Assembly: GCF_964355755.1 (NCBI RefSeq)
Contig: NC_092673.1
Coordinates: 1,860,001-1,924,000 of the forward strand
Reading direction: 5' to 3'
DNA from: Antedon mediterranea
Taxonomy: Eukaryota > Animalia > Echinodermata
DNA: 64,000 nucleotides
In this document: piece by piece, positions 1 through 12,400 of the stretch
Layout: every line of letters begins with the position of its first letter
How positions within the stretch are numbered: position 1 is the stretch's first letter
The notes under the pieces: generated by a model
The model's database searches: none
What the model saw: the letters and a program-made list of their open reading frames with translations, nothing else
What the model was told of the DNA's origin: nothing
Translations under genes and position numbers: made by a program

Positions 1-309
1 TTAATTATTAGTTGTTCTTGTGAACTGGGCTACTATACCTCCAATATTTTTATTTTTGTCAAGGCTTTGTCTCTAAACTTATTTTGGCCTTCTTCTGCAT
101 ACTTTTTTTTTGTAGTAGCGTAATTTTGTTCTTTCATTGTACATGTTATGCGTGTGCAGAAAACAATAAAAAAAACTCATGCACTGAGCCTAAAGGGTGC
201 TTTTTACTGCTACCTGACTAGAGAACAGTCAACCGCATGTGATTGGTAAACATACCTAGGCTCACTGGGATTATACTCGTATTGTATGTAAATAATTTGT
301 AGAATTTAC

Positions 310-3300
310 CTGTGAAAACTGTGGAAAAATACTGATAGCAACCGGAAGAGCACATCCAAATGATAAAGTCACCACGACTGCATTCACAGCTAAAGTTAAA
401 CGTGGATTACCACGCAAGAATTTAGTCCTGAAACAAAGCAAGATAATGCATAAATTGGAACTTTCTTTTCAAAATCGATGGCCTCAGCAGGAAGACACAA
501 TAAATGGTCAACTACAACTACAAAGGAGGTATAAAAGAAATTGCACATGTTGAAACTTACTTTTCCAAATAAGACATCAAGATTGGTGGTATCAGCAGGA
601 TAGGAGCAGGAAGAACCATTCGAGTTAGTGCAGTCTGCATCAAGGCCTAACATTACATACAAAATAACAAGTTGTTATATTATTTACAAAAATTTCTTGT
701 TAATTCTGGAAGATTTGATTGATGTTTCTGTTAGTTGTTTTAAAATGTTGTATTTGATTAATCTGAGTCGCCTTGAAGCTAAGGTGGTTCCATCTTGTAA
801 GGCGCCTCTGTGTAATATACTGAATAACAAAAATAATTTTAAAAAATAACAAACGTATTTGAAAATCAACATTTACTATTGTACTTTCAACAAGTTTTGC
901 TTTTAGAAAGCCGCGCCTCCTTCATTTCATATTTTATATTTATACTTATTGTTTATGAAGGAAATAAATGTTTTATTTTTAATGAATGTATGAAAAAAAT
1001 TGTTGTACAAGTATTGAACTATGCACATGTTTAGTTGACAACCCAATGACTACCCCACTTAGATAAACCCCTTTCAGACTAAGTTTGGTTCTCGTCAACC
1101 AGCATAAATAAAAAAAGTTCATCTTTCATATTTTTAAAAATAATAAATACAGGGGTTAAATGATGATTGATTGTTAAGGATTTTATGATTGCACACATGT
1201 TGTTAGAATCTGGTGATGAAAGCTTACACAAAATACTGCACCAACATTTTTTTGAAGTGCTTGTGAGAACCATGGCATAAAATTACAAGAGTCTTGAACA
1301 AACAAGAATCTCACCTTTTTAGCTGCTATTTTTGATGTTCCTACAGAATTACCTTTGTCGTCCATTACATCAATTCCTTCATACAATTCACCATATCTCA
1401 TTAAGATACAGTTACAAGTACTGGCAGTTGCTACAAAAAATAATGCAGTGTGTAATTAATTGCAATGACAGACTGTAAACATCGAAAGGTTCAAAGGGGA
1501 GAGGGGTGCTTTGGTGGTGATTGCGCAATTAATTCAAAGGGGATGAGTGTAAGGGGAACGGGGTAAGGGGTTGTGTAATGGGAATGGGGTACAAAGAGGA
1601 TGAGTAAGGAGAATGGGGTACAAAGAGGATGAGTAAGAAGATTGGGGTACAAAGGGGATGAGTAAGGAGAATGGGGTACAAAGGGGATGGGGTAAAGGGC
1701 AGTAGATCAGCGAGGAAATACTTACCTACAGCAGGAAATGGAACGAACCTCTGAACAAGGAATCTGGTGCTGGCTTTTAATTTAGTTGCTCTTTTAAGTA
1801 ACATATTCAGACTCACCTAAGGTATGAAAATAAAGAAAATCAGGTGGTGTGGAAGGGGATTCAGTAGGGTGGGAGATTAAGCATTTATTCCAGCATTATT
1901 ACTAGGCAGTTTCTCTTACAAAGTAACAAAATACAAAAAAAAAATTGTTAAAATTACCGCAATTGTACATGCACTACCAACAGCTGCAAAGTAACCCATC
2001 AAAAATCTGCTTAAAGGCGTCTCCTGAAATGTTATGAATATTATAATAACGTTTTTAATTATCATAAAAATAAAACATACGTACACACTATATATGCTTA
2101 CTAGAGCTAGTAATCAAGATATATATGCTCAGTCATCATTATAGAGAAATTATTATTTCAATGCAACTTACCTGGCTTGCATTTCTGTTCGCATAATTAA
2201 CCATAGCATTGTGACTTTGATTTATCCACTGTAAATAATAATAAATAATATAAAAATTAAGCCCAGTCTGCACAAAATTCTCAAAAAACTGAACATGCAA
2301 CAGAACTGTTTAGTAGTACTTTTACCATACATTAGAACTAATACTTAATGTCATGTGATACAAATTAACCAATAAGATAGTAGGATACACTCAGGTATCT
2401 TAATTTTTATATACACTGAGCATGAATAAATATTTTTTCCATACCTGCCAAAATATAGTACTTGCAAGTGTGGGGTTTGGTAAAAGTAAACCAACAACAA
2501 TAGGCGAACCAAATGGAACAAAACCTAAAAAAAATCAACAACTAAAATAAACTAAACTAAGAAATATAAATAAATTAAGTGATCAGAAACTACAGGTTAC
2601 ACAACATTTAACTGGAAAATTGTGGATGTTAATGTTATTGTTATCATGCAAACAAAAAAACAATATAACAAAAATAAGTAATGTACTAGATTTTAATTTA
2701 TTTTGTATAAATGCTTGTAAACATGTGCCAAATATTAAATATTTTCTTACCAGACATCCTAAATGGCATGAATACCTTTTCTCCCGTATCAGGATGGATG
2801 ATTGCCTGGGAAGATAAAAATATATAATAAATGGATGTGATTTGAATGCAGAGGATTTTGAAAGGTTAACTGTTCTACTAAGAGCATGACATTTTTTTAA
2901 AAGATGAATGTACATTTTAGAACCATTTAATGTAACTTTTCTGTTCAGTAGAAATAATACTGAATGGCATGTGTTACAAATGAAACAATAAATCAGATAT
3001 GTGAAGGATACACTTCACGTTATGATAATATAGCCTTGTTTGCATTGGACTTGAAAAATGGTTAATTTAACCACGATAGCTTTACCCAATGTCATCAGAA
3101 AATTTTACCATCGTTCGCATTTGGATATTTTCACGCAGTTAGGTTTACCAGAATTTTACCAAAATTTAATCGTGATGTTAAAAACAAGATTGACTCACAT
3201 GTGTTAACATGAGTCGTACGTTCAGACTGGACTTTTTGCCGTGTGGGTAGTTTTACCAAGACCGGCAGGCAGTGGTCGGTAAAAGTAACTATTGGACTTG

Positions 3301-4096
3301 GTTAATTCATGGAGGTTTTACCTCCATAGTTAATTTAACCCTGTGGGAATTGTAGCCAGTGTTCGGATTAGATTTTCGCGGTCACTTTTAGCCAAATTTG
3401 ACCAAATTAAGTCCAGTGCAATCAAGGCTTAAGACATTGTCAACCTGTTTTATTTTTTGTGCCGCCCATAATTGCTGATTTGTTATTCCTTCCGGTAACG
3501 TTCCATTCCTGAATGCTTCCAACAAACTAATCGACTCCTGTAATTTTTTCTAAAAAAAAAAAAAATAGCAATGAATAATATACCTGTACTAAAGAATATT
3601 CCAACCAAATTGCAACCAAATGACACAACATTTAAAAGAAAAAACTACTGTACTTACATTTGATGTAAACAACGTTCTAGGATCAATAATGTCAAGAAAA
3701 TGGTAAAGACGCCCAATAAATGTAGTCTGAAATAAAAGCACAGATTGGCGATGAGGTTTGAAAAGTGGAAGCGGATATAGATTTATAATAATGGCAATAT
3801 ACAGAAAGCTGGTGGTCATCAGATGGTGCAAGCCTACTTGTAATGTACCAGTGACCAGTATGTAGAATGTAGGCCTAAATACTAAAGAGCATCTTAGAGG
3901 TATCTACCATGGCTCAATACAATGGTCTTACCCCACCAATCATTCATAATAATTAATACCAACCAACCAACAAGTGGCCTAACAAAGTCTAAGCACTAAC
4001 TCAGTCAGTGGCCTACCACGTCGAACGGTTTTCACGTTGCTGTGAGCCTACCTGAGGAAAACGTGATTTATTAAGTTCAAAACTTGGATAATCCAT
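310..4096 (-). CDS. SFXN5: Sideroflexin-5 (mitochondrial inner-membrane carrier); 11 coding exons in the window, last exon beyond the left edge
   Basis: Phase-consistent GT-AG exons: 4052-4096 ([15 protein letters not shown]), 3658-3726 ([23 protein letters not shown]), 3445-3549, 2751-2805 ([18 protein letters not shown]), 2445-2524 ([27 protein letters not shown]), 2172-2228 ([19 protein letters not shown]), 1958-2023, 1726-1816 (QRFVPFPAV), 1315-1430 (MRYGEL), 561-646 ([17 protein letters not shown]), 310-427 ([11 protein letters not shown]). HPDT and NQS.NA.VNY.NRN are sideroflexin signatures, and the sequence matches SFXN5 as I recall it. Confidence 0.95.
1580..1697. repeat. Purine-rich minisatellite, 29-bp unit, about 4 copies
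   Basis: GGGGTACAAA recurs every 29 bp from 1586. Confidence 0.85.
3032..3429. mobile_element. About 400-bp MITE in a SFXN5 intron
   Basis: 21-bp TIR AGCCTTGTTTGCATTGGACTT / AAGTCCAGTGCAATCAAGGCT (2 mismatches), with repeated internal TTTACC and TTGGA motifs. Confidence 0.75.
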
Positions 4097-5385
4097 GGTA
4101 TTGTTTACTGCTATGAAAGCACGAAAGATAGAAAAGTATGCACTTAGACTAAGACTTAGGCAAAGTTTAGGGAATCCTGATGTTCACCTGTCTTGTTGAG
4201 ATTGCACTGACCTCGATGGGCTGTACCATTTACTTTTGGGGGGTTTTAAAATGTGAATAAAACTTTTCACCAAATTAGTAATAAATAAAAAGTTGATTAA
4301 AACATCAGTTCAGTGAAAATCTTACTTATAATAGTAAATTATAAAATGATTAAATTTTTCCACTCTACTTTTATTTCTTTTCCGAGGTTGTGGTGGGATA
4401 CCCTCCCTATTGAAGTGACTGATTTATGCCTTTTTGGTTCCTCTAAGTTTTTCCTTGCCTTATTTAATGTCATTTGCTGTTAACTTGTTGTTTTTGTCTG
4501 CACCAGAAGGAGACTCACATAGTGACTTTGTCACTTTTCTACAATCCGCCAGACTGGTATCAGTTTTTTTTTGTGTTTGTATTTTTGATTGTATTATAAT
4601 AATTATGTCTTCTGGAAAATAAATGAATTGAATTGAATTGAATATTGAAAAAAAATTTTTTTTAATAAAACAGTGTTTAGTTATTTAATTTGCTCATTAC
4701 ACTGGAAATGACAATTTTCTTTCTTTTCTATGTATTTTTTTCTAAGAAAAAAAAAATGACCAAAAAAAAATATATATGTATCAATACGCCCCACACACAC
4801 AACCCAAAAAGGGACCATGATGCACACTTTTAGGATAAAACAAATTTAATTTAAACTAAAAGACAGTAAGTGAATTCTTGAATTATCAAATTTAATATCA
4901 TTTTTTCTGAAACAATCCAAAATACAGTAGCTGTATTAAAACAATACTAAATTCAACTCAACACATTGCCACCGATCAACTCATATTAGCACCTATAAAT
5001 ATACATACATATACAATTGCACGTTCATATCATTTATCAACCAATCGAACAATACTAAAATGGCATCTCTGTATACATGCAAAGTTATAACATTTTAAGT
5101 TTTGAAAAATGAATACAAAGATTATAAAATCACTTTTTCAAATTGAAAATTATTGTAGTAAAATATCTTATTTTATATTACTTTAAAATTGAGAAAATGT
5201 TTTAAAGATGCATTTTGATTTAACATTTTTAAGATACGTGCGTCAAAAACCCTGTGCTTCTTATTATAACTATTCACACCCATAATATAGTTTGTAAGCG
5301 CAAGAAATTCTTATTCAACAAATCAAATATATTCAAATTAATAATCTTTATCAGGTAAATAAAGACTATATATTTTAGTTTAATC

Positions 5386-5548
5386 TAAAGCTCTGTCTAC
5401 ACTTTCAAACTTTATGTAACAACAAAATGTGATGTGCCCATATATGGACATGATGATGTCATATGACATATTTAAGCATATCACTACCATATTTGGGCAC
5501 ATCACACTTTTTTTGTCAATCTAGTTTGATAGTGTAGACAGAGCTTTA
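5386..5548. mobile_element. MITE family A (TIR AAGCTCTGTCTACACT, TA-flanked, internal 21-bp repeats); representative full copy
   Basis: TA-AAGCTCTGTCTACACT...AGTGTAGACAGAGCTT-TA. Other copies at about 10086-10240, 17641-17797, 18283-18520, 18655-18797, 20919-21060, 33113-33465 and 39512-39677. Confidence 0.85.
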
Positions 5549-6446
5549 GATAAGTTTTCCAAAGTTTTCTAGTGTAGACAAACTGCAGAAAACAATTTAG
5601 CAAAAGTTTACTAGTTCAACTTTAGTCTGCAAGTTCAAGCAAACAAACAAACATTTGGTAAAGTTTTCTAGGTGACGTATAAAAGCTAATTTTAATTAAT
5701 TTTACACTTTGACTAGGATTTGAACTCTGCATAAAATCATTAAACAAACAGCTACATCGTCACAATACATACTAAATACTCATATATTAATATATATACT
5801 GTACTTGGTAGATAAAGGTGTAAGATAAAATATCAGCAAGGATCTATTATATATAATTAAAATCAATAAATAATATTAGTTTAGAGAATATATCTTTAAA
5901 TCAGTTACACAGTTCCTATATACTGTATGTAAAGTTTATATCAGAAAGCACAAACACAATTAAATATATTCTACAGATATATACAATTTTAAACAATTAT
6001 GTAATTTGAATGTCCAATGTTACGATTTACTACACAATAAAAGATAAGAGCAGTTTAATATTCTTGAAAACAAAAGACTGATTTACACCATATACTAAGA
6101 GTGTAGTCAAATAGGTAATATAATACACTATATGCATAAAACCATACATGGTTATTTAAATAATACATCAACTTACAAAAACAGCTATTAGACTATAACT
6201 ACAATTTTATACATTTAGTAATAAATAACTTAAAGATGCCTTCTACTGCATTGTTTAGTTAGTGACCACAATTGAATGGATTTCATTATACAATATATTT
6301 TTGGCCATTACCACAATTTAATGGCTTCAGCGATGTAATAGAACACATTTTACTGCGATTTTTCTGAGTTAGTGACCACATTTAAATGGCTTCAGCTATA
6401 CAATAGAACACTTTTTGAGTTAGTGACCACAATTGGATGGCTTCAG

Positions 6447-9400
6447 CTATACAATGGAACACATTTTACTGCGATTTTTCTGAGCTAAAGCTTCTTTACA
6501 CTGACTGCTCATGCTCACTTTACCATGCCCGCTTCTTCCACTGTGCATGGTAACATTGCTCTCTTTTTTACTTGCTATGTCAGTTTGCTTAGTAGATTGT
6601 GGCATGTCCTCAGCTATATCTTCATCCTGGTTATTCTGAGAACTTTGAGCTACATCTTCCTCTTTTGTTCCTATCAGTACAAAAGAAAAACATTAATTAG
6701 TAGTGTTTAATAATGTACATATTGTAGGAACCCAGTAGGAAATCAAAGAAACTTTTTATATTCATTTTATGTAGTAGATAAAGATGTGACTTTAATGACA
6801 AGTGTGTGTAACTTTATGAGAATTTATTTTAATTGAAGAAACGCATTATGTTCTTGATAATTTGTTTTTCTACAATGTCCAATGACGATAGTAAAGCGTG
6901 GTTCTCACTAGAGACGAAATGCAAGTATGTACAATGCAGGAGAGTTGTATATATATAGCTGCAGTCGCATGCTAAAATTTGAGTGTTTACTGACCAACCA
7001 ACCAACCCTTCCGACCGCAAAGTGAGCAGTAGAGTCGTGTTGCACGCGACTAATAATAACATGGGACAGTTAATAATAACTAATAGTTAAAATCCATCAC
7101 TTGTGATTGGTCAAATCATTTATGTGTGCTTGCGTTGTACTAATGGTTTGCAAAGCCTAGCTGAGCTATTTGGATATCTAGATATTCAGCATTAATAACT
7201 ATAGTCTTGGTATCTGTGACATTAAGTAAACTGAACATTTTAGTCCACGCTATATATTTATCAACCATGATAAAGAATAAACATGAAATTAAATGTCGGT
7301 GCAATGTTAAATAAAATGATACTTCAGCTTTTGTAATTTTCAAGAGAGTCCATTTGCCGGGCCATAGCCATGTTCTGATCAACTCATGGCTTGGTTGTTG
7401 TAAATGCTAATGATATTTAATCAATGGGATAGATCAAGAGTGGTGATTACAGCCATGGTTTGAGTACAACTCTGATGATGTATGTTAGAAATTGTATGAA
7501 TGAACATTATTATGTTAAAATGAACGGTCAGTTGCAATTAATCAAATTATTCCCATTGCTATTTTTTGCGATCAATAAGTAAAAGTTGAATCAAATGATA
7601 GACTAAAGTGCTATTTTTTGTTTGTATAGGTTTTAAAAGTTTGTTTTCAGTCATTGAATATTATGGTACAGTGAAAACAGAGTTACAAAACCATATTCTA
7701 ATTGCTTTATTGTGATCAATAAAAGTTTAAAAAAATGAATAAACAAGTATGATGTGATTATTATTAAAAGGCGTTATATATGCATTTCTTGCTTAAGCAA
7801 TGATCATTACTTTTAACTACTAATCCTGTTTTAACAGATTTTGTAATTTTTGATGCAATAGCTTACCAATACCTGTATAAATATTATCCCTTTTAGCAAT
7901 AAAGCAAATTGTAAATGATGTTTTAGTACAGTTAATAATAAATGTTTAACAATGATATTTAAAAAAAATTAACCTCCAAATCGTGCAATTGTTTTTGTTA
8001 ATAGAACTTACACAATTGTTTGTTCAGATTCATGTGAAATGTGGTTTAACAGGATATTAGTCTGTAAAGTATGAGAAGTAAAGAAAATGTCAACAGACAG
8101 TAATCAAGTAGACACTAACACAATAACAAACCATCCTGCCATAAACAGACAAAAATGGAAACAAATTGTGGAAAGCGTAATGTCGGAAGAAGAAGAAATC
8201 AAGTACACCTTATAATTTGACCTAGTAAAATGGTGGCCTGATAATTTTGTCTTGAGTCTAGAATGTTCTTTTTCAGTTCATTGACTTGCAGGAATATGAT
8301 GTCTTAGCTCTGATTGACGCCGGGACAGCCTGCTTTGGGTTCTGTCGCCAGAATTGTTGGATCAAGCCTGTAGCCAAAATGGTTTGATCCAAGCTTGTAG
8401 CCAGAATGGTTGGATCCAAGCCTGTAGCCAGAATGGTTTGATCCAAGCCTGTAGCCAGAATAGTTGGATCCAAGCCCATAGCCAGAATTTTAAAGGGGGT
8501 TAATTTTTCAACAAAGGGTGCAAAACAGTCTTATAAGCTAGGCTAGGCTACTTAGGCCTAATTTATTATCACATTTGCTGCTGGTCTCTCAGGTAGAAAG
8601 AGCATGTGGACAAAAAAGGGGATTATTCAAACCCTTTGCTATGGATTTAGGATCAATCAATCTGAAAAAGAACCTATGGATGGGAATGTATTCAAGAATA
8701 CAGTACTTGGTCAAATATGGCAACACATAAAATAACACAAAATATTAACTACATCACATAAGGCAAACACTGGGCGTGGTATTTGTACATAACGTAAACT
8801 ACATCACAGACAACTACCTTTTCAAGCCTTACCCTCCACAGTTTCATCAGTTTGTACTTTAAGACTTTCATGCAAGTCTTGCCAACGCTGGCGATTATTT
8901 TGCAGCCCATCAAACATAGTCTTCAATGGACTCTTCATTTTAGCAAATGTCTAATGTTAAGAAACAACACAATCCAACACAAAAAAAGGGGTTAGTAAAC
9001 AACAAGTATAGATAGTATTTAAATATCATGCAAGTTTATAAAAACATTATAAAATAAACAAAAAAAGCATTTTATATAATTTTAACATTATCATCATAAA
9101 ATCATGCTAATATTGTTAGATAAAAGTTTACCAAAACTCTACACCAACATTTTCACTAGAGATTCCGACAAGAACTTGTATATATTTATTTATATTTCCT
9201 CTGGTCTAAGCATTCTCAAACACACTGAGAGTATATGTAGTACATTACAGGTTGGGCAAGATATAATTACCACACTAACAAATTATTTAAATACACTGTA
9301 TATAGAAATCTGTAAACATCAAAATTGTGATTAATAAAGTACATTTAAAAATATTGTTAGTTGCAAAACTTTGAAACGTATTAACAAATTTTTTAAAAAA

Positions 9401-12400
9401 CATTGTTAAAAGCAAAATTCCTGGAACTGGAGAGTTAGAGATTAACAAATATATAAAAAGGAAAAATCTCAAGCATAAAGAACAGTAAAGATACTTTAAT
9501 GATTTTATTTTGGCTAACCGTCACTAATAGCTTGCCAGTTTTTGCGGTTGTTCATGACACCGTCATACATTGGCTTTAGTCCTGGCCAAATCTCTGAAAA
9601 TGTCTACAGAATTTGAATATAACAATCACATGAATATTTCTAAAGAGAAATCATAAATATATTCTGCTCGTCGAGGGCTAAGCTACAACACGACGGATGT
9701 TTAATAATCACTAAGTACATGATCTGGCCTTCGGCTATAGTATTATACGAAATATCTCATTAAATATATTCTAAAAATAAGCTTTGAGAATTAGTTTTTT
9801 AAATTAATATACTGTATATGAAATAAGGTTGGAAAGAAAAACAAAGTAGAGTATATTCTAAAACAATTCAAATTATTATCAATTTCCGATTTGTTATAAT
9901 TTAATTTTTATTTCAGCAGAATTCAATTTTTAGTTTAGTATCAAATGTTTAAGACAAATCTGGATCTAAATCTTAAAAGGAAAAACAAATATTTTAGTTA
10001 CTAGATGCAAATTTATATATGTTGAAATTATAATTTGGTCTTGGTCACTTTCCCAATCAAATTTACTTGGTATAAATACAATAACTAAAGCTCTGTCTGC
10101 ATTATCAAACTTTATGTGACAAAAATATGTGATGTGCCCATCGACATGATGTATCGTATCACTACCATATTTGGGCACATCACTACCATATTTGGGCATA
10201 TCACTACCATATTTGGGCATATAACCACCATATTTGGTATAAATACAATAACATATTACCTTGTAAACAGGCATACAGATAGCATCAATGAATCCAACCT
10301 GCATCTTGGGAAGGTCGTCTTTCTTTTCTCTGTCCATCATGGCCTAAAAGAAAATAGTAATTTATAAAAAGCAAAAATGCTTCCAGACGTTGTTTGAGTT
10401 TGTGAAGATTATCATAACAAAATGTTTGTAGACGACGTCAGTAACCAAGTATAAACTTACTTAGTAATTGAGTGAGTGGCTGAAGACAGTGGAACCACTT
10501 TTATTATGGTTGTTAGTTTACCTGGTATAACCCAGTACAAACTTACAATTGGTTGTTGGTTTAACCCAGTACAAACTTACAATTGGTTGTTGGTTTAACC
10601 CAGTACAAACTTACAATTGGTTGTTGGTTTAACCCAGTACAAACTTACAATTGGTTGTTGGTTTAACCCAGTACAAACTTACAATTGGTTGTTGGTTTAA
10701 CACAGTACAAACTTACAATTGGTTGTTGGTTTAACCCAGTACAAACTTACAATTGGTTGTTGGTTTAACCCAGTACAAACTTACAATTGGTTGTTGGTTT
10801 AACCCAGTACAAACTTACAATTGGTTGTTGGTTTAACTGGTATAACCCAGTACAAACGTACAATTGGTTGTTGGTTTAACCCAGTACAAACTTACAATTG
10901 GTTGTTGGTTTAACCCAGTACAAACTTACAATTGGTTGTTTGTTTAACCCAGTACAAACTTACAATTGGTTGTTGGTTTAACCCAGTACAAACTTACAAT
11001 TGGTTGTTGGTTTAACTGGTTTAACCCAGTACAAACTTACAATTGGCTGTGTGTTTAACCCAGTACAAACTTACAATTGGTTGTTGGTTTAACCCAGTAC
11101 AAACTTACAATTGGTTGTTGGTTTAACCCAGTACAAACTTACAATTGGTTTTTGGTTTAACCCAGTACAAACTTACAATTTGTTGTTTGTTTAACCCAGT
11201 ACAAACTTACAATTTGTTGTTGGTTTACCCCAGTACAACACTTACAATTTGTTGTTGGTTTAACCCAGTACAACACTTACAATTGGTTGTTGGTTTAACC
11301 CAGTACAACACTTACAATTGGTTGTTGGTTTAACTGGTTTAACCCAGTACAAACTTACAATTGGTTGTTGGTTTAACTGGTTTAAGCCAGTACAAACTTA
11401 CAATTGGTTGTTGGTTTAACTGGTTTAACCCAGTACAAAATTGGTTGTTGGTTTAACTGGTTTAACCCAGTACAAACTTACAATTGGTTGTTGGTTTAAC
11501 TGGTACCCAGTACAAACTTACAATTGGTTGTTGGTTTAACTGGTTTTACCCAGTACAAACTTACAATTGGTTGTTGGTTTAACTGGTTTAACCCAGTACA
11601 AACTTACAATTGGTTGTTGGTTTAACTGGTCTCTTTCCATATCACCTTGTTCAAAGAACTCACTAGCAACCATTTCAGCAACACGTTGCTGTACTTCCCA
11701 TGGCTTAGTTATTGCAGATACGTCACATGCTGTCATCATCATAGCGCGTAAAAGGTCACGATTATCGTCATTTGTCCAGTCAGGGTTGCCACATTCCACC
11801 ATTTCAAAAAAGTTGTTACGTTTCCTGTACATATTAATACAACATACAATATAAGGCACCACAAACATATTTTAAATAACGCATGCTCTTTCGAAGTTGC
11901 ATGTTGTTTAATGTGAAAGGGGTTAAAGTTCATTTAATCAACATGGAAATAGCTGTTCTGAAATAGAAAATATTAGTTATTAACAGATTGCCTAGAAAGT
12001 TAACTTGTTCTTAGTTCAAAAAGTAATTCACCATGGAAATAGAATCTATCGAACGTGGCTGAAACAATCGGCTAATCGGATACACCGGTTTTAAAATCAC
12101 GTCCCCTACGGAAATCGTGCACCACTAGACTACGTATTCTCATATACAAAGATGTAAGACTTTCCACAAGAAATTATTCATATATTAATTTCATAAAAAC
12201 TATGCTATAACAAAAATATATTTTGTATTTTTTAAATATTTTAAGTTACTGTTTTTATACTACATAATATTTTTGAACAGATATACAGAGGCCATATTTA
12301 AGAGCCCTAGCCCTGTTGGCATAATTGCTCTCTAGCCAATCTATTATTATCTCAATGCCGATCAATTAATAACGCCAATGCTCTGAAGTAGACCTCATGA

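Noticed and set aside
8273-8479. ORF with 9-aa repeats (GLDPTILAT)n
   Set aside because: A by-product of a 27-bp minisatellite, with no fitting splice sites or homology.
9966-10259. ORF extension with MPKYGSD repeats after the PDE exon (similar repeats in ORFs 10116-10367 and 20677-21093)
   Set aside because: Read-through into MITE family A 21-bp repeats past the real donor at 10259.
10522-11630. CRISPR-like array of ~34-bp repeats
   Set aside because: The repeats are head-to-tail with no unique spacers, there are no cas genes, and the context is a eukaryotic intron. It is a minisatellite.
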